Positions 62,301 to 64,000 of a stretch of 64,000 bases of DNA are shown here, piece after piece. The notes beneath the pieces were generated by a model that had not been told where the DNA came from, did not search any database, and saw only the letters and a list, made by a program, of their open reading frames with translations. Every line of letters starts with the position of its first letter. Position 1 is the first letter of the stretch. Origin of the DNA: Candidatus Omnitrophota bacterium. Its GTDB lineage: Bacteria; Omnitrophota; Gorgyraeia; JABMRG01; JAFGKX01. Made by a program: the position numbers and the translations under genes. The DNA is taken from positions 8,338-72,337 of the forward strand of contig JAZDPX010000045.1 of the NCBI GenBank assembly GCA_043797125.1. Reading direction: 5' to 3'.

Positions 62301-64000
62301 CCGTAGAAAAATACCTTCTCGCCTCTATTAACCAGCTGCCTTATGGATTCCGCAACAACTTCTTCGCTGTCGCAGCCGCGCGGCGCCTCTAAAAGGAGTA
62401 AATTACTTACAAGCGAGAGCGCTACTGCCGTCTGGCAGGAGGCGTCTTTTGCAATGTCCTGGTTCATAAGTTTAAGGTTTTTAACGGCATCGGATAAATT
62501 GCTTTTACTAATATTTCCTTTTTCTGTTTCTAAACCGAGTATTCGGTTTATTGCCCAATGCTTGGTTGAATTTTTCTTTTTATCTGTAATATCCTTGTGC
62601 AGTGACTTCAGAGCTTCATAACATATTTTGCCGTTATCGCCTAAAGCCTTGAGTATTGCTTCAAAACTGTTAAGCTCCGCGTAAAGCTTGGGCCTGTCCT
62701 CTTTTTTAAGCTGGCCCTGGCCTTTTTCGTGAAGATGCAGTGCTTCTTCCGGCAATTTGTTTGTGTTTTTGGTTTTTTCAATGCCTTTTTTAATCCAGGC
62801 TATCTTTTTATTTATAACATCCAGGGGCTTATCCTGCTGGGCAGAGTCGATTACTATCTTTTGCAATCCCTTGTCGCTTAGATTCAGGCCTATCAGATCC
62901 CAGGAAAGCGGAATTAAATCGTTAATTCCTATTGCTTCTTTGAGCTGCCCCAGCGCTTCTAACGCAGGGGTTAAAGAGGCTTCTTTTTTGCTGCTTAACG
63001 CCTTATGGATAATGCCTATTAGCTGGCCTTTGTGTTTTGTATCCAGGGTTTTTGTGTCCAGGTTTAGGCTTTTCTTAAAATTGTTTAACACGCCTGTGGC
63101 GTCATCTGTTTTCAGGCCTTTGTTAATGATATAGGTGCATAGCTTAATAAGCTCATATTCAACCTGGTTGTTTGCTTCGGGGATGCTGAATGCCTGGCAT
63201 AATTTCTTATATGCCCTGCTATATTCAAGAAGAAGCTGCTGCCCCATAATTTCTAAATTGTCATGGTCGTCTTTGCCTTCTTCAGCTTTTAGCTGTGGGT
63301 CGATGGGGATTTCGATATCCTTGGTAATGCCCTCGCCTGTGATAAACAGCGTGCCTCCTATATAGAGGGTTTCCATCTGGCCTTTTTTAATGCGGCATTT
63401 TATTGCCTCTATAACTGTGTTTATGTCTTTTTGCGGGTCCGGGTAATGCGGGCTGGAAATGAGCTTTTTATCTAAGCAAAACATGTTTTGCTCTCCTGAT
63501 GAGAAGCGCGACAGACCTAATGCGGGGCCGGTGAAGACATACATTGCCGGAGGCGAGGCCTCAAAAAGCGCAAGGAATGCCTCCAGCGCCTCTTTATGCT
63601 GCGGGTTAATCTCTATTATTGTGTTTAACGCGGCGGTCAGCTCGCCGGGTTTTTTATTAATAAGCGCTATTTTTTCTTCGGAATTATTACTGGTATCCGC
63701 TATTTTAAGATAGCGGTCGCTCCCCTTTATAATAAGTTCTTTTACAGCAAGGTTAGTCCCGTCAATAGCTTCTTGTATGGGTATTATTTCTTCTTCCTGT
63801 GCTTTGTCCTGCTTTTCTTCCTTTGCTGGTTTTGACTGCAGCGGTTTGCTTTTCTCTTTGGGTATTAGCGGCAAGATGCGGCTAATTGAGGTCTTTGATT
63901 CTTCTAAGCCTTCTTTTGCCTTTTTCAAATCTTCTGCCGCTATGGTGCCTTGCGGGTATTTCTCTGTGATTTCCTCGTATTTTTTCTTTGCTCTTTTAAA
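47339..64000 (-). CDS. Giant multidomain protein (5'-truncated, more than 5550 aa): pseudo-helicase, HD, TPR, Upf1/DNA2-like SF1 helicase, helical repeats, J-like and zincin domains
   Basis: The frame stays open from the track TTG at 63928 to 64000 (FKRAKKKYEE..). Helicase: GPPGPGKT, IIDEAS, IGDPNQL, TIDSIQGQE, RRLNVAISR. HD: EH..LWHDIGK..NHH..VADSVDA. Also TPRs, a J-like AIKKKYKQKAGKVHED segment, and HEFVH. Confidence 0.88.
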   Translation of the reverse strand, partial: FKRAKKKYEEITEKYPQGTIAAEDLKKAKEGLEESKTSISRILPLIPKEKSKPLQSKPAKEEKQDKAQEEEIIPIQEAIDGTNLAVKELIIKGSDRYLKIADTSNNSEEKIALINKKPGELTAALNTIIEINPQHKEALEAFLALFEASPPAMYVFTGPALGLSRFSSGEQNMFCLDKKLISSPHYPDPQKDINTVIEAIKCRIKKGQMETLYIGGTLFITGEGITKDIEIPIDPQLKAEEGKDDHDNLEIMGQQLLLEYSRAYKKLCQAFSIPEANNQVEYELIKLCTYIINKGLKTDDATGVLNNFKKSLNLDTKTLDTKHKGQLIGIIHKALSSKKEASLTPALEALGQLKEAIGINDLIPLSWDLIGLNLSDKGLQKIVIDSAQQDKPLDVINKKIAWIKKGIEKTKNTNKLPEEALHLHEKGQGQLKKEDRPKLYAELNSFEAILKALGDNGKICYEALKSLHKDITDKKKNSTKHWAINRILGLETEKGNISKSNLSDAVKNLKLMNQDIAKDASCQTAVALSLVSNLLLLEAPRGCDSEEVVAESIRQLVNRGEKVFFYGATHRLVDRYLEKLVNDEKAPKDKKAPVLRLGNNPDEFSNTAKIVATANNRIPDKNLDLFNERLEVGERRKGYALFGKFQSMDTDREIKEYKEGEALKRRFDDKLLFRDVPQAFDVAFIHAEEATYPEILQAMTRARRVIIIYDSQQMPPRGILPNEAKTVKKTTQEQIDYYNQGLPIDKIYERADIIRLSTAHQLHPIHAGLVSLSYGDKELAPRDWEPFGEDVLKIIDVADKPLGLSDEIDRLIDKYDYANKDITTIVTEYRHEGFGLPEKNKVVVLDLRGSKPGQLQGLHQRLTLAISMAEEHLIIIGDFVKLSKAGASKEARKMAGLLSSWQQYYKHDVLAYQDVVLDANLSELVNVGSGPAQMGKRGGIVSVNPKEEKIIITDRAGREHAGKLFHQGKMDIDTIISWVKTNQRIKNSHKDVILSLLALREKSPPDLHTFDLLIEDCFGKALPKDKLIAIYEKFSQDPAALLHELQEYICAQNKIKFHTEGNDLVIRKKGMLLHTGIGKVRLNDEILSWLNTKLKENPGRGTHYYLRALGKATLGEADEDLTNRIKEEQAFAVYKQVAKDNKINASAEQIQALFEHARRTSRLAAKIAQEMGMGSDKGSRAIQKARQAGLWHDIGKLYDNETFALTIKNGSLDENEETRKTEHAANAETILKAYGVTEYLEDGVFELIVNHHSADKSIYGKKPLLKKIDSIVKVADSVDAARDKTREYNANGSKETLKKIWASIKEKYGQTINKAIYSVLMRLDDEGYFKVNYEEADTAGHAGVHLELSEHQGIGGNEAYAQTDKLKFTEADESRAVVPVCILPSKFEPEEIFEELVINKVDADPASAVKDVFEGLRFPNPDYKNMLFSVLDTAIPLGLRLYSFDKINKDLFGFTCAEHNLIALEKFLIDNPLAILHEISHYLVGDDRQNPRYLKFQLIDDRTIEIFIRKNISSAFKSLGRVYISDEAKNSLQEEDQKQWPEGWEQDSHYLSRLVSRVWFGRADMGLTSDIKMVMDKKAFTQLHFKVQEIIKTAGKQGDIKNRTFKPSARLLSQMTQGKDIKSIEDAYSYFATSAGLATAGNLNEAEKYARKAIKLYPDEPFLHVNLLDIIAKCNDFSKIEKNFSDVIKKIGVTAKLLLDKIRTYKRFSGTEVQIIKDAIDILHIELNKQYRREAYEEMIGASLRMREGDISKISHLIKPLWDDAPLTRATFVQSRIFEALNEFSSSDLDIEKCGEEEFYAVLAFESKMLFYGGVKEILNNDKEGAVDIKKALKHLSGLFPEKTTDFLRDLYRNAFSSELRSVLIDEIFMDRQMPAQQRSCVIEALHKAEPNNEFIKELKEKIGSTLQEQRPDEEINYLVIAIKHELSGYGIELLSKRLTAVSSDYGRQLIDKGDYAGAVALLEKAHKFDSNRARILQLRKEASLKYAKKLMEEKNYEKAIDVLTDAHKLAADDTDISKALSEAYEKRAKQHETESNLDNTIASLEKGLQLVPGDATLIAMLKKAYLTRSKQLIEEKNYEKAIELLEKASALVPDDTAVKTTLKQAYLEKAEEFLSRENKTAQDIQEAFKLLNKAFELDKEDEALEIRIYETQEECVRRGKVEALEKECKDELDKAKRDEEIAAKTTIPQNSSQTQKKTQDKISRLELAIGHLNKAIKAKRKIIDLLTDDKAAKKGLEKKLLVDELLAKVNKINEEIKKLKADISQLQPPKPNNATKQDIPQDKRPPEETIINILDPEQENSDQLGKDTKVTEIIKINGDILLNIEGKASGSALGKAALTGQAPLSLDGILAKLENSVQGERQKVFLADFRSLINAQRLNFCTFDRNVGDFLNFSSKDNKIFALHSGLLPGPEDKGMEKHIAVFNLLARFLIKNHLLVFEEGAADIYGDIKLRTILGETFYEFKTYATDEKVVRSAMPQAEEQKFDILPLQQYIFGDSNITYSMMLNNILLERSVQQKKKNIHTGLCNMLGITGTTRGYNGILDKLSLFAAEKGLSIKDIERVFTIFYPPADLKTNAEVSVETKRELLICAYNVFAKDIEAFLKPAVELLEEVSQDIGEQALIKASWEMASLAPLGILPQGQKMIIDLAKKEDTPQKKKQRLLSVIEWMQTAAEIFPGVGKLPPSNVKLYKKNKVQPKSKKQALDELETYIKVLDALIDTEKKASAENKENPNVAAYELQFKVLDGLIEDIKKNNGRNYNSVIKRMLGLMPAAEWPQDTDSNDLDLGADFAFIDEEIEGDESQQKAVELCLNSKQDLTVVIGPPGPGKTKVVTEIAKQFVKRGERVLITAQTHVAVDKALEELVKDGSIPILRLGNKMGDITIDEVRKFSTQIKENLLSFEEKRRENNDAFIAAGTSVGFYMDKTINFDKAMFDVLIIDEASKPTLPEVLIALRLAKKVIIIGDPNQLGPFPADHDVIGEKYGLTKEQTGLYNTGLINIIDPAYADHITLSTCWRSHPIHTGLVAISYGEEFQKKCERQLKKEWWKQHKWWQAKLQKRGWEPFDKDTLKIIDTSTLRNNQNGKDGNRWYADKYRERRGWRNTEYGKSLWNKGNAEEVVNEITKLMQKYNYKPEDFIIVTPYKAQQAYIDKKLEKIFHKKFEITTIDSIQGQEKKVVIIDFVRSNPGKPEIGFLKDIRRLNVAISRVQERMVIIGDFQQTLTKQREGEPEEDKVAKMLFREWLNYYETKVKPYLEDDKLDENGKAGIPVELAQQIYMAGKIIPLGNGGMVPDERTFKRAKEAVAKLKAGQEIGRGEFEALALAIIHEQPFIDDEVLVKLGQNEAFLKDIENSQGAIQQGREKILEKIKNATDTVRSLLQIFCLASIDALATAKTIANAADKVKALAAAAEMFTEIGRVDDANKALIDALATAKTITHDDDKLKALIVIAKWFAKIGRVDDANKALIDALATAKTIDGVYRGPAVLKEIAIEQAKLGMFDEAKNTFNDAIAKANTITNAYYKTLALKKISIEQAKVGMFDDALATASTITDTKHKAEALQGIAAEQARVGMFEDALATANTITEAVDKAKALAAVAEGFTEAGRMDDANKALIDALATAKTSTYTDDKPEALIVIAKWFAKIGKLDDAIATASIITNAYYKSLALKEIAAEQAKAGMLDEAKNTFNDALATASTITDTKHKAEALQGIAAEQAKAGMLDEAKNTFNDAFATAKTIDGAHLKPAILKELAIEQAKAGMFNDALATASIITDTDNKSLALKGVAAEQTKAGKFKDAITTAEKITNKLDRAEALAAITAEHARVGIFDKRLFAKAQDEIASVTEALKTATGLKQERLVSILIGLFVITKTGLDDIAEPTFFAKLTGFLKETAANTEHFARMFYLFDSAINTKDDFIKIGYDLIQALTLSAGVEYQLIEQIHEAEPILRKWPQSWKIFFKPIFFKQRQGAFLCLGVTKKLFAAGAIESEADLAFIKEFIQTHGIRAYDLLENFLLLGVKQGVISKPISKEKDQINAFLKENPYAIVSVYEAYKNNPRKLNELIERCKRIHNEILEGDTAKADKDPLFSTMLLYIFPPAVTVQRGSYFAMYKNRADRPQDTKEIPAHLQETKPIDISVGQYILKDPSMPLDASPWRTIRQVIAKVNGEALLAPDKEKAASLGGQLLEQWKMGGLHNVREDLLEQLYRYYRSSGNRMLPESLAIIGNIIDINVFMGDTLRDLAGECIAAYKKQNQESYDKMLSVRIERPEGAAKTVFNILKAREKKDERQLIQLIKKALRIDDDYTADAIWEKVKDKTDEQSIQNELKSTTFKMQQGKEAAIITKLLQGSEYEHMQAEVERKYEFQESQEKIALRFVASKRKAHGVAGLNMGACTAEDERLWNNPNFINIIIFDSNGIAQGGMYVLIIEDNNKKYLVLPGINPSTSLLTGVAADDIYNKLIDYAKELAKALNCEAVLIPTSAAIYSNLGLIQTVIASKNYEILPLSKTHPFSYEPKYSIDSCFIAARITPTAPPLPTGMGGVRWDTPGIQDKAREAVGNFVKTGALEANAHEAVMLWIINTPDDALKKDAEVLVALGENEVFMDAARNAAGALKADYGVMLSKIRMAAREFILEQIANVNDANWDSLEAFVIKALGISELTEAAIKKKYKQKAGKVHEDVTINNKDDAREAFKILGFIYELALEMAANKDQKFLPNRGKIERMLKNWADFAKNRKAAEYWKAAFPPLSDEEIVLTGKNEIRFSYSEPIIIFAGDNQYVLEKDRLNASGLALKEINLKTGETISIHPLEDGLPYFFGGYDNYDPEHSTWEVRFNYILAIEKRGAAIILRSITGTDSVRLRRQSAKPKELLREEMALHNFYKTIGLIRHAESGYLVYCGLSEDAKQKMPQMHAHRRDAFEAAKVIARRIGLEKDGVLINKLSGLNARDFVKLVLLKKIRLIDTAIKLAQDYISNPQGAQKENGRINIEKLSELLDEVISQVPEKDAPVVEFIRHFNFVKQTKQEENVEIMRYIPEEKLDMAREAITWFPKRLRQFISVPVGSEATKLPYGVKGQTGLESMDNVQWDLASADFLTIEHEFVHKFSMSSYRAGKPIMSVRAWKEAAKAAGFYGAIIGGEIKKIDDIPDDYDYKKFREIWNGQWLREVGGEKYCYLPSNMDQAIMDSELDEFKKLRSVYEKNKITLIKLENPNEEEYALIDPLEAVAIAGTKYLQNSKAILSGYTKFSKIANILKDALFVVPVGNGEVARYEFDHAANKKVMRILTKEEVETIQNTYFKNDPERFLSDETPPPTEAKPGPEAKSYEQLFREACDEMLERANEQYSVDEFSQNSRNIYTLVIYESVVTEKDKDRIAELARMQTARSGGKFNILIVPDKNRKESLVVELNERLDRHDVLELDDFLRGKVKGYIQSEFDTMDDVEKDALKLKKLKELLQQKENNNYAAIGVICDPGYGENGLKRIAEVVNEGNQARSGRNISFFITSQQPDKGVVSFEAMLAYTLSKLHSSQPSVAQVIAKMLPPITSAEIGKVLDEIKQATEAIEAQA
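52540..53850 (-). repeat. Tandem TPR-like helical repeats in the giant protein
   Basis: About 11 copies of AL..IA.EQAKAGMFDDALATA.TIT. Identical 60-bp DNA blocks at 53581 and 53701. Confidence 0.85.

Noticed and set aside
47763-63713. Many plus-strand ORFs (up to 300 aa) over the giant gene; similar ones over housekeeping genes, e.g. 40635..41570
   Set aside because: Antisense shadows without recognisable motifs.
63926-63928. TTG as the start of the giant protein
   Set aside because: The frame remains open to the window end, so the real start is probably outside the window.
1-64000. tRNA, rRNA, prophage or integrase genes
   Set aside because: None recognised. The intergenic gaps are short and mostly accounted for by promoters and repeats.

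Overview
Bacterial chromosomal window with almost all genes on the minus strand. The gene set (giant multidomain protein, TsaC-LMW phosphatase fusion, E-C-A-B-D-I-K V-ATPase, lpxA) suggests a diderm anaerobe, possibly Omnitrophota/PVC; this taxonomy is inference. Left end: a two-partner secretion locus with a truncated TpsA (at least 1967 aa, missed by the ORF track), TpsB and an interposed AAA ATPase, then a REP-flanked RAYT transposase. Middle: housekeeping blocks (nrdR-nrdD-trx-nrdG, glyA, pur, V-ATPase, PyrR-attenuated pyr operon, lpxA, rsmI, glmS). Right end: a truncated protein of more than 5550 aa and a membrane-anchored putative EreA/ChaN/Tiki-fold protein. Two candidate undescribed systems stand out. 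(1) A dispersed perfect 26-bp GTAG palindrome (8 copies); 5 copies carry a perfect DnaA box 2-3 bp away, and the element supplies the C-terminus and stop codon of both pyrD and pyrF. (2) The giant protein is built as repeated spacer-cargo cassettes (pseudo-helicase, HD, TPR, SF1 helicase, J-like, zincin), with HExxH-like spacers and an adjacent putative peptidase, suggesting a processed polyprotein. All domain calls come from motif recognition by eye; no searches were run.
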